From the IMG/VR virus record IMGVR_UViG_3300025867_000015, positions 1-64,000 of that record: a stretch of 64,000 nucleotides of DNA; one strand, 5' to 3'. Source of the stretch: an uncultured virus (IMG/VR IMGVR_UViG_3300025867_000015). Its lineage: Duplodnaviria; Heunggongvirae; Uroviricota; Caudoviricetes. Shown here one piece after another: positions 28,776 through 40,064 of this stretch; within the stretch, counting starts at the first letter, position 1; each line of letters opens with the position of its first letter. The position numbers were made by a program, and so were the translations under genes. The notes below the pieces were generated by a model. That model was not told the DNA's origin. It was given only the letters and a program-made list of their open reading frames with translations, and ran no database searches.

Positions 28776-29238
28776 ATTTTATGCAAGTTCTAATCTTGTT
28801 CTTAATTCCTCATTACCCTTCATAAAACCATTAATAAAAGCCTCAATTTCTTTTCTCCTTTCTCCTTTGGCTTCAAAATAGGTAGTGTAACTCATATTTT
28901 CAAAGAAATTAAGTTTTGTCGTACAATTAACTTCTTCACCAAAAGTTTCATTAACTATTTCATCAAGTTTTTTAGGAAACTCTTGTAAAATTCTTCTTTC
29001 TTTCTGATTCATGACTATTTAGTATTACTCATCAATATTCTTTTAACATTTGCGACAATCTCTAATTCTGATAAAGGATTCATTTCATTATCATAAATTC
29101 TTACCTGTGCAACTTCATTACCATCTCTATCTATGATAATAGGAGTCTCCTGAACAACTTTAACATCCCAAGGTGTAGGTAATGCATCATATTCATTTGA
29201 TGAATAGACTTTCTTTTTAAGCTCTTTTGTTGTCATTT

Positions 29239-31287
29239 TTATATGGATTTGAATTGTTCAACACTCATTATATAAATTCCAATTTCTTTGGCTTTGACAG
29301 TTTTACTAGTATGCTGATTAATATCAGCAACAATAAGATGTGTAGTATTTTTGCTCACACTATCTGAAATCTTGCCTCCATTATCAATAATAACCTTTTC
29401 AAGTTCTTTATCTCTTAAACCTGAGAAACATACTGAGAAACCATGGTATTTATCCCCAGAAGGAACTATCTGTATTGTCTCAACCATATTCACGTTATAA
29501 AGAGAAAGTGTGTTAGAACTAATTTTCTCAAGTCCTTCTAAGAATACTCCTGCAGTAATATCAGATACACCTTTTATCTTATTTAGTTTATCAATTGTTT
29601 GGTTCTCTTCGAGAAAAATATCAAGAGAATCAAATATTAATTGAGTAGTCTTTTCACCAATCTTACCTTCAAAAATATCCAATGCATACATTAACTTAGC
29701 AAGTGAAATTCCCCTTTCTCTCACTTTAGTGAATTGGGAAACGATAGTGTTAATTGTTGATTCGCCAAAACCTGAAATATTAGCTAAATCATTTTTTGAC
29801 ACAGTATATAATTTTTCACAAGTATTAATACCAGCTTCAAACATTGCCTCAATAGTAGGACGACCAACTTCTTCAATTTCTAATACAGTAACAAAATGCT
29901 CCAATTTAGAAATTAGTTTATCTTTACAATTAGGATTACTACAGATACGTTCAACAAAAGTATCATCATCAACTAAACCACAACCACATGATGGACAAGT
30001 GGAGAATGTTGATAAGAAGTATTTAATAATATCCTGATCACTGGGAAACTTCTTATCTTTAACAGTCTCAAATATCCTCTTACTAACCTCATATTCTTCA
30101 ACACTATTTGATCCAGTGGGCAATTTAATTCCTTCAACAGCTACTATTTTAGGTATAACTTCTCCACTTTTCTTTACTGTTATATTCACACCAGGAAATA
30201 AACAATACTTACGTATAAATTTAACATTATAAAAAGTAGCTTGTTTAACATCTGTACCATTAATAAGTACAGGGTCAAATGTGACAACCCCCTTTAATTT
30301 ACCTTGTTTTGAAATTTGAAAATCATAACCAGTAATTACTGTATCTTTTTCTTCAGACCATTTATCTAATTTTAATGCACGAGCATATGCTGGGTTACCA
30401 TTAGGCTCTCTTCCCAATTTATTTCGAATGTCTCTATCATTGAATTCAACAACTACTCCATCAATAGGAAGCAGTTTAGAATTCTTTTTAAAAATCAAAT
30501 CACAAATATCTTCAGTAAGATCACTGAATTTTAATTTAAGAAAATCAACTTTTAGTGTTGAAATATCATTAAGATACTCTAATTGTTCAACTTTATTAGT
30601 AAGAGGTAATACTGGTGTACCATATTTCATAAATGTTACATACTGTAACATATCAGATGGTTCATCACAATTGAATAAACCTGCTACTGTAGCATTATTC
30701 AATTTGTATGGTAATCCGGTAGGAGAAACTTTACCTTTAAATTCTTTTTCCCAAATAGAAGTTGGTATGATAGCTTCTCCTATAGTAAAAGTCCCATCTG
30801 AAATATCCGGAGCATCAGAAAAATTTATATCCATTTTTAAGAAATGATTATCACATTTCTGACCAAATTCCCCATCTCCTCTAGTAAATGCTTCTAAGTT
30901 TTTAGAATCATATAATAAAGAAATACCATTATATTTAGGAGTTAAAACTAATTCTACATTCTGAATTTCTTCATCAGAGTAATTTAATTTTTTAAGTGTA
31001 GAGTAAATCCAACTTTTAAGTTCTTCAAATGTCTTACATTTGTTCATACTCATCATTGGAATAGGCAATTTTCTTTTACGAGAATTGTCTTTCTGTTCCT
31101 CAATAATCCCCCTCTTTAGAATAGAATTTTCAGGATCAATTGATGCAAGTTTTGCAATTAGTTCATCATACTCTTCATCTGATACCTGAGGATTACCAGC
31201 TCGATACTCTCCATTGAGATACTGGATTTCACCTACTAATTCTTTTACGATATTAGATTGTTCTTGTTGTATTTTTATTGATTTCAT
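29239..31287 (-). CDS. ligA: NAD-dependent DNA ligase
   Basis: SDEEYD, PMMSMNK, KYNG adenylation motif, TRGDG, IDGVV, SGEVIPKI, Zn finger, HhH and BRCT. Confidence 0.95.
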   Translation of the reverse strand: MKSIKIQQEQSNIVKELVGEIQYLNGEYRAGNPQVSDEEYDELIAKLASIDPENSILKRGIIEEQKDNSRKRKLPIPMMSMNKCKTFEELKSWIYSTLKKLNYSDEEIQNVELVLTPKYNGISLLYDSKNLEAFTRGDGEFGQKCDNHFLKMDINFSDAPDISDGTFTIGEAIIPTSIWEKEFKGKVSPTGLPYKLNNATVAGLFNCDEPSDMLQYVTFMKYGTPVLPLTNKVEQLEYLNDISTLKVDFLKLKFSDLTEDICDLIFKKNSKLLPIDGVVVEFNDRDIRNKLGREPNGNPAYARALKLDKWSEEKDTVITGYDFQISKQGKLKGVVTFDPVLINGTDVKQATFYNVKFIRKYCLFPGVNITVKKSGEVIPKIVAVEGIKLPTGSNSVEEYEVSKRIFETVKDKKFPSDQDIIKYFLSTFSTCPSCGCGLVDDDTFVERICSNPNCKDKLISKLEHFVTVLEIEEVGRPTIEAMFEAGINTCEKLYTVSKNDLANISGFGESTINTIVSQFTKVRERGISLAKLMYALDIFEGKIGEKTTQLIFDSLDIFLEENQTIDKLNKIKGVSDITAGVFLEGLEKISSNTLSLYNVNMVETIQIVPSGDKYHGFSVCFSGLRDKELEKVIIDNGGKISDSVSKNTTHLIVADINQHTSKTVKAKEIGIYIMSVEQFKSI

Positions 31288-31305
31288 GATCTTAGTTTTT
31301 ACTTG

Positions 31306-31378
31306 TGACCCCGGTAGGATTCGAACCTACGACCCGCAGCTTAGAAGGCTGCTGCTCTATCCACTGAGACGAGAGACC
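31306..31378 (-). tRNA. tRNA-Arg(UCU) with atypical 5' segment
   Basis: GCAGC-CTTCTAA-GCTGC anticodon arm and GTAGG-TTCGAAT-CCTAC T-arm are canonical; positions 7-10 read TCGT instead of the usual GTAG. Confidence 0.8.
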
Positions 31379-31388
31379 ATTAAAAATA

Positions 31389-31862
31389 TTAATCCCACTG
31401 ATAAGGGGCAACAATCAGAACATCTTTTTTATGATACATTTTGATATTGACTTTTTTGTAATCAACTTTATTCAGTTTAGAATACAACAACCGGGCATCT
31501 GTCCTATTGAATTTCTTATCAACATAAATATGATCTTTATCATCTCCTCTTAAATAAACAATCCAATCCCCATCAGCTGGCACACACTTAGGAGAAATTG
31601 TATCTACATCTCCATTAGATCGCTTAATAGACTTTACTTGTGAAGTTTTGTCTAAAGCAGATTTGTTGGTAACAAATAGTCTACCATTTACAAACTCTGT
31701 CTTAAGATTCTTCTTGACAATCAACTGACTAACTATTGATCTTATACATGATCGTAAATCTTCAGAAATCTCTTTAAACTCATTTACTATCTGATTAATG
31801 GTGATTCTATCACTATTGTCAATCAACTGTTCAACTCTAAGTTCTAAATCAAGTGTTGTCAT
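31389..31862 (-). CDS. Hypothetical protein
   Basis: 157-aa ORF in operon orientation. Confidence 0.5.
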   Translation of the reverse strand: MTTLDLELRVEQLIDNSDRITINQIVNEFKEISEDLRSCIRSIVSQLIVKKNLKTEFVNGRLFVTNKSALDKTSQVKSIKRSNGDVDTISPKCVPADGDWIVYLRGDDKDHIYVDKKFNRTDARLLYSKLNKVDYKKVNIKMYHKKDVLIVAPYQWD

Positions 31863-31890
31863 TTTTATTAGTTTTTGATAGTTTTACAAA

Positions 31891-31914
31891 AGGTGGGAGA
31901 TGAATCTCCCACCT
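31891..31914 (-). terminator. Intrinsic terminator
   Basis: AGGTGGGAGA-TTCA-TCTCCCACCT then TTTG, after the DUF932 gene. Confidence 0.7.
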
Positions 31915-31927
31915 GTATTTACGTAAA

Positions 31928-32914
31928 TTATATCATTGATACTAATTGATCAAATGCTTTCTGTGATTGTAGAGATTCTTCGCCCCGAAACATAAGACCA
32001 GACATCTTACGATCTTCTGTTTTGTATGATTTTACATTTTGAAGGAATGACGTTACTCCATTTAAAACCCAAAGTCCAGTACCTTCACCAATGTTCTGAC
32101 CAGGTGCTGAATAAAGTGCATTGTAAACTTCCTGCATAAAATTCGAACGACGAGTAGATAGACTTTCTCCTAATGCTAAAGTAGCATACTCTTCTGAAGT
32201 AAGAAAAGTATGATTCAGAATGTCCTTTGCCTGAGTGTCGTTGATTTGTATCTTACCAAGTTGTTGTAATACTTCAGCAAGTTTATCTGACCATTCAGTA
32301 GCTAAACCAATAAGCTCTCTGCCAAGTTTGAGACGATCATGAATACCAGAAGTATGACGTAAAGATACTCTGTTCTTACAATCTTTCATTGCCATATCAT
32401 AAGTGTTATTACAAACAACTCTTATGTTAGTAAACTGAACAGACCCCCCTGCTCCATTATGTGTATTTGAAAACAATAGATATTCTTCCATAATATCTGA
32501 CTTACCAAGTTTAAGATATTTAGGAAGTTTAGCAGTAATGAAAACAATTTCTCCCTTACCGAGTGCACCAGCAGTATGATAAACGATATCCTTTTGATCT
32601 TTCACTAAAGAATCAAGAAAATCAAAAGCCTCCCTGTTTTGAACAGGTGAATACTGATTTCCGAAAATGTTACCAAGAATATCCCCATTATCAGTACGAA
32701 TGGTGGAAAATGAACCACTTTCTTTCCATTCATTATTAACACTAACAAAATTAGGAATTTTCTCAACTTCCCAGTCAAGATGGGCAATTTTAAGAACCTC
32801 TTCTGAAGTTTTTGCTTCTTCAACGACCTGGCCTAATTTATGCCAAGCGGGTTGCTGTAAAAGATAGAGAGCAGCTTCCCCTGATTTTGAATCCATTGCT
32901 AAATTGTGTGACAT
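31928..32914 (-). CDS. DUF932 / phage-plasmid protein
   Basis: WHKLG, LDWEV, YSPVQNREAFDF, TAGAL..G, NTHNG, RVVCNNT, RHT. Confidence 0.85.
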   Translation of the reverse strand: MSHNLAMDSKSGEAALYLLQQPAWHKLGQVVEEAKTSEEVLKIAHLDWEVEKIPNFVSVNNEWKESGSFSTIRTDNGDILGNIFGNQYSPVQNREAFDFLDSLVKDQKDIVYHTAGALGKGEIVFITAKLPKYLKLGKSDIMEEYLLFSNTHNGAGGSVQFTNIRVVCNNTYDMAMKDCKNRVSLRHTSGIHDRLKLGRELIGLATEWSDKLAEVLQQLGKIQINDTQAKDILNHTFLTSEEYATLALGESLSTRRSNFMQEVYNALYSAPGQNIGEGTGLWVLNGVTSFLQNVKSYKTEDRKMSGLMFRGEESLQSQKAFDQLVSMI

Positions 32915-32947
32915 GATCTTAAGTTTTTTTAATTAATGTTTGAATGA

Positions 32948-33042
32948 TTTAACACGGTAAAATTAATATAATAATTAACACAAACAAAATTATTAATCAA
33001 TTATTTTTAAAAATATCCTTAATTTATAATGATTATAAATAA
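32948..33042 (-). promoter_or_regulatory. Repeated promoter module, copy B
   Basis: Near-identical to 11016..11110. Confidence 0.75.
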
Positions 33043-33388
33043 GGGATATTGATTATTATATTAACTATCAATTAAATAACACTATCATAACCTTTAAACC
33101 ATATCCATTTTAAATCACTAAAAACAAAATTTTGTATAGGTATCTCCATCATCTTTTGAGACAAAGTTAAATCTCCTACACTAAATCCATTAGAAAAACT
33201 TCCCAATGCTTGTATTACTCCATTAATACATCTTCCCTTCACAAAATTATCATGTATATGATTAGAAGGGTTAGCTGGTTTAAATTCTTCAATCAAATAA
33301 CAATAATCTTTATCATCAACATCGTGAATCACTAAAATAGTTTTACCTACTTTATTAATAATGTACTGTAAAGAATCTTGATCCTGTA

Positions 33389-33718
33389 TCATTTTTGTTT
33401 TCCTTTTTCAAATTGTTGTTTTATATTTTTTATTGTTTCATCTCTCTTATGTTCAGCTTCTTTCTTATCAACATTATTATAATGACGTCTAGCTCTGTCT
33501 TTAATAACTTGTCTCTTTTCTTTTTCTCCCATTGACCCCCATCTTGATACTTCAAATCCTTCTATAGCACTCTCATTAATAAATGATGGTTCTTCAACTA
33601 ACGCTGTACCGCAATTAGGACATACTTTGTTTACTTTAAAAACTTTACCATCTTTGCAATAAGTTACTTTATGAACAGTAACTTCATACTCACAATTAGG
33701 GCATGATAGTATAGCCAT
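33389..33718 (-). CDS. Zn-ribbon protein
   Basis: CPNC...CPNC. Confidence 0.6.
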   Translation of the reverse strand: MAILSCPNCEYEVTVHKVTYCKDGKVFKVNKVCPNCGTALVEEPSFINESAIEGFEVSRWGSMGEKEKRQVIKDRARRHYNNVDKKEAEHKRDETIKNIKQQFEKGKQK

Positions 33719-34245
33719 TAGAAATTTCTCCTACAATATTCACATATCAAAAGTGCATCAATAAGATTTTCATCATTATTTTTGCACCTTGTTGTACGAC
33801 GAAAATCCATATCTGGGAACAATCTTCTTGCTGCCATTTCTGAAATAGCTTTAGTATTATTAACTAAAGTTTTACCTGTTGAAGATACTTTCTTCTGTAT
33901 AGGTACACCTTGCCACATTAATGATTGCCACTTTTTAGGGGCTACTTTAGTATATGAAAATCCACAAGAAACAATAGCCATCTCTAATATACCATTAATG
34001 TACCCAAATTCAAAAGTACTCTTTGCAGATGCTCCAAATATAGCATGAACATCTTCTATACATACTTGTATAGAATAGTCATGAAATGTGGTTTTTATAA
34101 CACCAAACAATTCATATATACCATGTACATCAACTTTGTCTCCTATCTTTGGAATAGGTAACATAGTTCTGTTACCAGTAACATCATTATATGTTACTAC
34201 ATACCCATCTTTACCAGGATCAATACCAATACACAACTTTTTCAT
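33718..34245 (-). CDS. RuvC-like Holliday junction resolvase
   Basis: IGIDPG, IEDV, FG...G, P..WQ, DALLI. Confidence 0.8.
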   Translation of the reverse strand: MKKLCIGIDPGKDGYVVTYNDVTGNRTMLPIPKIGDKVDVHGIYELFGVIKTTFHDYSIQVCIEDVHAIFGASAKSTFEFGYINGILEMAIVSCGFSYTKVAPKKWQSLMWQGVPIQKKVSSTGKTLVNNTKAISEMAARRLFPDMDFRRTTRCKNNDENLIDALLICEYCRRNF

Positions 34246-34250
34246 ATTTT

Positions 34251-36266
34251 TTAATTTACAAGTTTACTGACTCCATTTATTTTTTGAATAGTAACTACAG
34301 GACATTCATAATTATCACCAGGTATATGGGTAGTAATTAAAATTGTCTTTTTAAGATCAACCAATGAAGATGTTAGTAAATTAATACCTAATCTATCAGC
34401 TGATTCGAATATTTCATCTATACTTAAAAAATTCAATCCTCCATAAAGGTGTGTTGAATTTATAGCATGTTGAATGGTGAGAATCATAGCAGCTTCTAAT
34501 CTTACTCTCTCTCCACCAGAGAAATTACCAAACTCTCTTACTTGACCATCCCTAACAATATATGCTGTTATTTTGTCTGACAGTGTACCATCTGATTTTA
34601 TCTTATATCCTTCTAATTGTACTCTTAAATCTGTTTTTAGATCATTTAGGAACTTATTAGCATAACTCTGTAAAACCTTTAATGTTTTGACTGATAGATA
34701 TTGTACAAATTCTTTGAACGTAAAAGCCCATTGTTTATAATTCAAAATCTCTTCATCTATTTTATTAATATTTAAACTAATATCTTCAATTTCATCTTCA
34801 CAATTTTTTATCTCTTGTTCAATAGCTTTAATTTTATCAGTATTATCAAAGTTATTAGTATTTAATTTCGACTTACTGGTCTCAAGATTTTTAATATTAC
34901 TATCACAAATCTCTATCAATTTTTTCTTACTATCAGAACTTTGTTTTAAAACTTCAATATCATTATTTGTTCTTCTTATTGACAATAAGCTATTATCTAT
35001 ACTCTGATTCAATTTATTATTTAATGTCTTTATTTCTGACTCTTCTGATTCCACCACTAGCCTGTCTCTCTTTAATGAAGTAATATTTTGATCATATAAC
35101 CTTAACTTCTCTTTTAAAGAATTATAATTATTCTCTATTTTATCAACTAATTCTTTAGCTTGACTCAAAGCCTCTTTCTCCTGTGTAACATCAATATCTT
35201 CTTTACTAACTATAAATTCATGACTACATTTAGGACAAACAACAGTACCTTTCAAATTTATCTCTATTTCCTGAATAGTTAACAATATCTCTCTCTTATT
35301 ATCATTTAATTTATTTATTTCATTATCTACAACATCTTTATCAACTCTAACATTTGAAATCTTACTATCAATCTCTTTGTATTTTAAATCAAATACCGAC
35401 AGTTTACTTTTTGAATCATTAACCTCTTCTTTAATCTTAACAAGCTGACTATCTATAGTTTTTAAATCACATAATAATTTATCAATCTCTTCATTATTAC
35501 AACTAATATCTGATCTGTACGCAATAATCTTATTACTTTCTTCAATTATCTGTTCATCTATTTTATTCATTTCTTGAACAAGTAGGACCTCTTTATCAAT
35601 ATTCTTTTCATTATCAATATTCTGTTTATGAACTTCAATCTTGCCTAGAACACGTTCTTTAGAACCATGTAATAATTTTAAATTAGTTTCTAATTCTCCA
35701 ATATTTGACAAAATATCACTATCTATACCAGAAATAATACTTGAATTAGAAAATCTACCAATTAATTTTATCAAATTAGTATTAGATGAATCAAAGAATG
35801 ACACATACTTAAACTTATTCAATATAAAAAAATTCTGCAAATCTTCTTTAGAAATACCAATCCAATCAATTATGAACTTATCAATCTCATTGACCATTTT
35901 ATCTCCGAATGCATATTTTATCTTACCATTTACTGATAGTTGACTACTACCACCATTTTTACGTGATATTTCACGTTCTATCAACAAAGATTCCTTCCGG
36001 ATAGGGCAATAAATTTCTGAAGAAAGAGTGCAATTATCTTCTAACCAATTAATCAAATTAACATCAGTAACTTTCTTAGAAGTCATATGTAAGTATACAT
36101 ACTCCACAATTGACATCAATACTGATTTCCCAGACCCATTAGATTCCTGGCCAGGGTCTGTTTGATTATCACCTTTTATTAGAACAGGTAATCCATTCTG
36201 GATCTGATAGTAAACTTCACCACGAAATGATTGAAAATTTACAGCTTTTAAGAATTTAATTTCCAT
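34251..36266 (-). CDS. SbcC/Rad50 (gp46-like) ATPase
   Basis: NGSGKS Walker A, coiled coil with CPKC hook, FSGGE signature, IDE Walker B. Confidence 0.92.
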   Translation of the reverse strand: MEIKFLKAVNFQSFRGEVYYQIQNGLPVLIKGDNQTDPGQESNGSGKSVLMSIVEYVYLHMTSKKVTDVNLINWLEDNCTLSSEIYCPIRKESLLIEREISRKNGGSSQLSVNGKIKYAFGDKMVNEIDKFIIDWIGISKEDLQNFFILNKFKYVSFFDSSNTNLIKLIGRFSNSSIISGIDSDILSNIGELETNLKLLHGSKERVLGKIEVHKQNIDNEKNIDKEVLLVQEMNKIDEQIIEESNKIIAYRSDISCNNEEIDKLLCDLKTIDSQLVKIKEEVNDSKSKLSVFDLKYKEIDSKISNVRVDKDVVDNEINKLNDNKREILLTIQEIEINLKGTVVCPKCSHEFIVSKEDIDVTQEKEALSQAKELVDKIENNYNSLKEKLRLYDQNITSLKRDRLVVESEESEIKTLNNKLNQSIDNSLLSIRRTNNDIEVLKQSSDSKKKLIEICDSNIKNLETSKSKLNTNNFDNTDKIKAIEQEIKNCEDEIEDISLNINKIDEEILNYKQWAFTFKEFVQYLSVKTLKVLQSYANKFLNDLKTDLRVQLEGYKIKSDGTLSDKITAYIVRDGQVREFGNFSGGERVRLEAAMILTIQHAINSTHLYGGLNFLSIDEIFESADRLGINLLTSSLVDLKKTILITTHIPGDNYECPVVTIQKINGVSKLVN

Positions 36267-37252
36267 TATTTACGAAAGTTTTTATTAATAATAACTTCAA
36301 GTTCACCAAGCAATTCAGGGTTATCCAATATAATTTTTTTAACTTGTTCTATACCTTGTCCCAATTTAGTATCTTCATATGAATACCATGACCCACTTTT
36401 CTTAATTACTCCTAATTCAACACTTAATTGAATAAGTTCATTTAATTTATCAATACCCTCTCCATATATAATGTCAAATTCTGCAACCCTAAATGGAGGA
36501 GCTGTTTTATTCTTTATTACCTTTACTTTTACTCTGTTACTAATAGCTTCATCACCATCTTTATTAATATTAATTCTTCTAATATCCAATCTTTGTGAAG
36601 CATAAAATTTTAAAGCATTTCCACCAGTTGTTGTTTCCGGATTACCAAACATAACACCAATTTTTTCACGCAACTGATTAGTAAAAAATAATATAGTATC
36701 AGTATTACCAACAATTGAAGTTAGTTTACGTAAAGCCTGTGACATTAATCTGGCCTGTAACCCCATCTTTGAATCTCCGAAATCACCTTCTATTTCTGCT
36801 TTAGGGGTCAATGCTGCAACTGAATCTATAACAACAATATCTATTTCTCCCGTACGAATCAAAGTTTCAGCAATGTCAAATGCTTGTTCTCCATTACTAG
36901 GCTGTGAAAACAAAAGACTCTCTTTAGAAATATCAACACCCAAATTTTGAGCATACACTCTATCAAAAGCATGTTCCATATCAATGAAAGCAGCTACACC
37001 ACCTTCTTTTTGAACTTCAGCAATAGCATGCAAGGTTAATGTAGTTTTACCAGACGATTCAGGGCCAAATATTTCAATAACTCTGCCTCTGGCATAACCA
37101 CCCCCTAATGCATTATCAAGAGTAATAGAACCAGATGAAACAAACTTTATACCTGATGTGCTTTCACCATCATCATCAAGACCAATAATAGTATTTTTAC
37201 CAAATTTCTTTTCTAAAGCAAAAATGGCATCTTTTATTTTATTATTTTCCAT
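36266..37252 (-). CDS. recA: Recombinase RecA
   Basis: [44 protein letters not shown]. Confidence 0.98.
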   Translation of the reverse strand: MENNKIKDAIFALEKKFGKNTIIGLDDDGESTSGIKFVSSGSITLDNALGGGYARGRVIEIFGPESSGKTTLTLHAIAEVQKEGGVAAFIDMEHAFDRVYAQNLGVDISKESLLFSQPSNGEQAFDIAETLIRTGEIDIVVIDSVAALTPKAEIEGDFGDSKMGLQARLMSQALRKLTSIVGNTDTILFFTNQLREKIGVMFGNPETTTGGNALKFYASQRLDIRRININKDGDEAISNRVKVKVIKNKTAPPFRVAEFDIIYGEGIDKLNELIQLSVELGVIKKSGSWYSYEDTKLGQGIEQVKKIILDNPELLGELEVIINKNFRK

Positions 37253-38291
37253 TCAATTTTTTATTTAAAAATTTAATGCCTTCATTGAAGTCTTTTTTAT
37301 TCTCAGCACAAAATTCTTTAAACTCTTCAACAATAGTCTCTTTATCATGTTTCTTAATTTCATTAGAAGCATATTCTATCTCTTTTTCAATCTCCTTAAC
37401 TTTTATTTTAACATCAATACCAGCAGCAATAAACTTTTCTTTCTTAATAAATTTAACCCTATCTTCTGACCCAACAAACTCAAATCTAATAAACTTATTT
37501 AAACTAGCATACTTTACTATCTGTTCATCAACATAATCAGTGTTATGTTTATCCATATCTATTATTACTTTCTCATACTCTTTAAAACTTGACTTTACTA
37601 AATCAATAGTACAATCATCATACACGACAGTAAATCCCTTTTCAGAATCTTCACCAAAATTATTTTGTTGTATAGAAGGAATATGAAAGATATTTTTAGA
37701 TAATTGTTGAGCATTGTGATAATGACCCAATAAAACTAAATTAAATCCTTTAAAATCATTAACAGATATACCACATTGAACTTTTGACCCATCATTATTT
37801 ACTGACCCATTAATAGCTTGATGACTTAATAAAACATATCTTTTACTCTTATCAAACTCTCCAATATATTCCTTAAAATCTTCAAGTTCCTTGAACCACA
37901 TATCTTCTTTAAAAAAGGGCATCATATGGAATAGAACATCACCTACTGAATACATTCCCTTTCTATCTATTACTTTAAATTTAGGGTGAAACTTATAACT
38001 ATTCAAATAACTATCATAACTTGAATAATTCTGTTTATCATGATTACCCGGAATTACCCAAAAATCAAACTCATACTGAGTACATACCATATTAATTATA
38101 TCGCTTAAAGCTGTAAGAACTACTTCTTTCTGGCCGGGTCTACTATCTAACATATCTCCCAAACAAAATAATACTTTTATTCCTAAAGATTTAGCTAGTT
38201 CACATTTTTGTCTAACTAAATCTTTTATTTGTTCAATATTACTTTCTTTTAAATGCCAATCAGTTGATATAACTGCTATTTCCTTTTTCAT
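37242..38291 (-). CDS. SbcD/Mre11 (gp47-like) nuclease
   Basis: DWH, LGD, GNHD, SHQ, GHYH metallophosphoesterase motifs. Confidence 0.9.
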   Translation of the reverse strand: MKKEIAVISTDWHLKESNIEQIKDLVRQKCELAKSLGIKVLFCLGDMLDSRPGQKEVVLTALSDIINMVCTQYEFDFWVIPGNHDKQNYSSYDSYLNSYKFHPKFKVIDRKGMYSVGDVLFHMMPFFKEDMWFKELEDFKEYIGEFDKSKRYVLLSHQAINGSVNNDGSKVQCGISVNDFKGFNLVLLGHYHNAQQLSKNIFHIPSIQQNNFGEDSEKGFTVVYDDCTIDLVKSSFKEYEKVIIDMDKHNTDYVDEQIVKYASLNKFIRFEFVGSEDRVKFIKKEKFIAAGIDVKIKVKEIEKEIEYASNEIKKHDKETIVEEFKEFCAENKKDFNEGIKFLNKKLNGK

Positions 38292-38306
38292 GTTACAAAA
38301 TTTTAA

Positions 38307-38339
38307 AATAGGAGTGGGTGATTTAATCCCACTCCTATT
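38307..38339 (-). terminator. Intrinsic terminator-like hairpin
   Basis: 12-bp stem AATAGGAGTGGG/CCCACTCCTATT. Confidence 0.65.
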
Positions 38340-38351
38340 AATTTACGAAAA

Positions 38352-39773
38352 TTATTTACTTTGTCTTCTTTTTCTTAAAGCATCAATTTGTGCCTGTAAA
38401 TCAGGATCAATCTGTTTTGAATTTACAACAACTTCAGGCTTATTAGATGACTCATTTGATTGTTCAGGTTCTTCTTCTTTCTCAATTTTTGACTCTTCTT
38501 TCGGTTCTGTTATTTTATTGTCCTGACCTATTTCTTTTAATTCTATTTCATCAAATGGTAATTCATCACCATTCTTAGCTAACTTATACCATTCAATCAA
38601 CTGTTCCCTTGACAACTCAGGTAATTTATAATCATCACCATAATTATCTTTAATATACTCCGACAATTGACGTTTCATAGCTGGAATAGGAGCAGGTAAA
38701 TTATTACTAGTCACTTCCTTTGAAGATTCACTTTTAATACCAGTTCCATGTTTCTTATCAGGAGCAATATTTTTCTCAGATACTTCTTCCTTATGATTTT
38801 CATCATTAGATCTTTCTTCAGATGATGCTCCATACTGTTTAGGAGTATAGGCAGGGACTTGTTTTTTAAGATTGGCTATCTTTTCAAGAAATTCTTCATT
38901 CTCAAAAATATTATACTTATATCTTTTATCAAATCTCATCAATCCATCAATAGCCATCTCAAAATCACGCATAGTATACACATTCTTATATAATTCATAC
39001 AAACTCTCTCTTTTCATGAAATCAACAAACTGTTCATCAGTAATTCTAGTCCTCTTAAAAAAATCATCCCAAGATTCACGCTTTTCTTTTGAAGGGAGTT
39101 CACAGGATATAGTGTATTCAATTTTTCCCTTATCATTTTTACCTTTTGTGATAATTAATGGATAACCTTCATCAGGGTCAGTAAAAATATCAGGGATAAT
39201 TTCAGTATTTTCTGGTGCTTGTTGAACTGAAATTTTCTTCATACTATCTAACATATAAGAATAAAGAGTCTCTCTACCTAATTTGCCATTTTTATCCCAA
39301 GCATAACAAATATACTCAATTGAAGGTTTTATACCCCAATTCCATTTACCGTCTTTACCTCTCCAACCATTTATAGGGTACAAAAACTTCTGTCGCTCAT
39401 CTTTATCCTGAATCTCATCATTTGCACGTTTTTGAACAAATGAAATATAAAGAAGAATAGGATCTTCCTTTAAAACATTAGAATGCTGAGTTGCAATAAA
39501 AATGTTTTTAGTTTTAAGTTCTTTTCTGCCTGTTGGATTACCTTCTTTATCAAGTTCATCCACTTCGCATTCAAGAAATACTGTTGACTTAGCACAATAT
39601 GCCGGTTGATCTGGTTTATGTGCTGGTGCAATACGACGCCAATTTTCACCATCCTCAATTTTGTGAAACCCGGCTCTACCCTCTCCATCAGAAGTAGGGA
39701 TTGCCTTTTTGGCATTTTCTTGTTCATCTTTGATAGAGCCTAATGTTGCTCCTTTAAATTGACTTCTGTCCAT
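38352..39773 (-). CDS. Putative gp32-like phage ssDNA-binding protein
   Basis: FHKIEDGENWRRIAP, DIFTDPDEGYPLIITK, long acidic tail; lies in the recombination block. Confidence 0.6.
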   Translation of the reverse strand: MDRSQFKGATLGSIKDEQENAKKAIPTSDGEGRAGFHKIEDGENWRRIAPAHKPDQPAYCAKSTVFLECEVDELDKEGNPTGRKELKTKNIFIATQHSNVLKEDPILLYISFVQKRANDEIQDKDERQKFLYPINGWRGKDGKWNWGIKPSIEYICYAWDKNGKLGRETLYSYMLDSMKKISVQQAPENTEIIPDIFTDPDEGYPLIITKGKNDKGKIEYTISCELPSKEKRESWDDFFKRTRITDEQFVDFMKRESLYELYKNVYTMRDFEMAIDGLMRFDKRYKYNIFENEEFLEKIANLKKQVPAYTPKQYGASSEERSNDENHKEEVSEKNIAPDKKHGTGIKSESSKEVTSNNLPAPIPAMKRQLSEYIKDNYGDDYKLPELSREQLIEWYKLAKNGDELPFDEIELKEIGQDNKITEPKEESKIEKEEEPEQSNESSNKPEVVVNSKQIDPDLQAQIDALRKRRQSK

Positions 39774-40064
39774 GATGTTTTGTTTTAGATTAATGTTTCA
39801 ATTTTATTTATGAGTTTTGTGAGTTCTTGTTCAAATGTTTTTATATCAACTGTTCGTGTATCCTTGGCCAACATAATACCAACTATCTTCTGCTTAGCTG
39901 TTTTTAAAGATATACCGAAAGCAATTTCATTATAATCATCATATATCTTGCCATCCGACTCTCTCTTTCGTTGTACAACTTCAATTAAATCCCATCGTTC
40001 TGATGCCCCGGTGCAAGGCTTTAAAATATAATTCTCAATTTTAATGTTCATTTATTTGTGAGTT

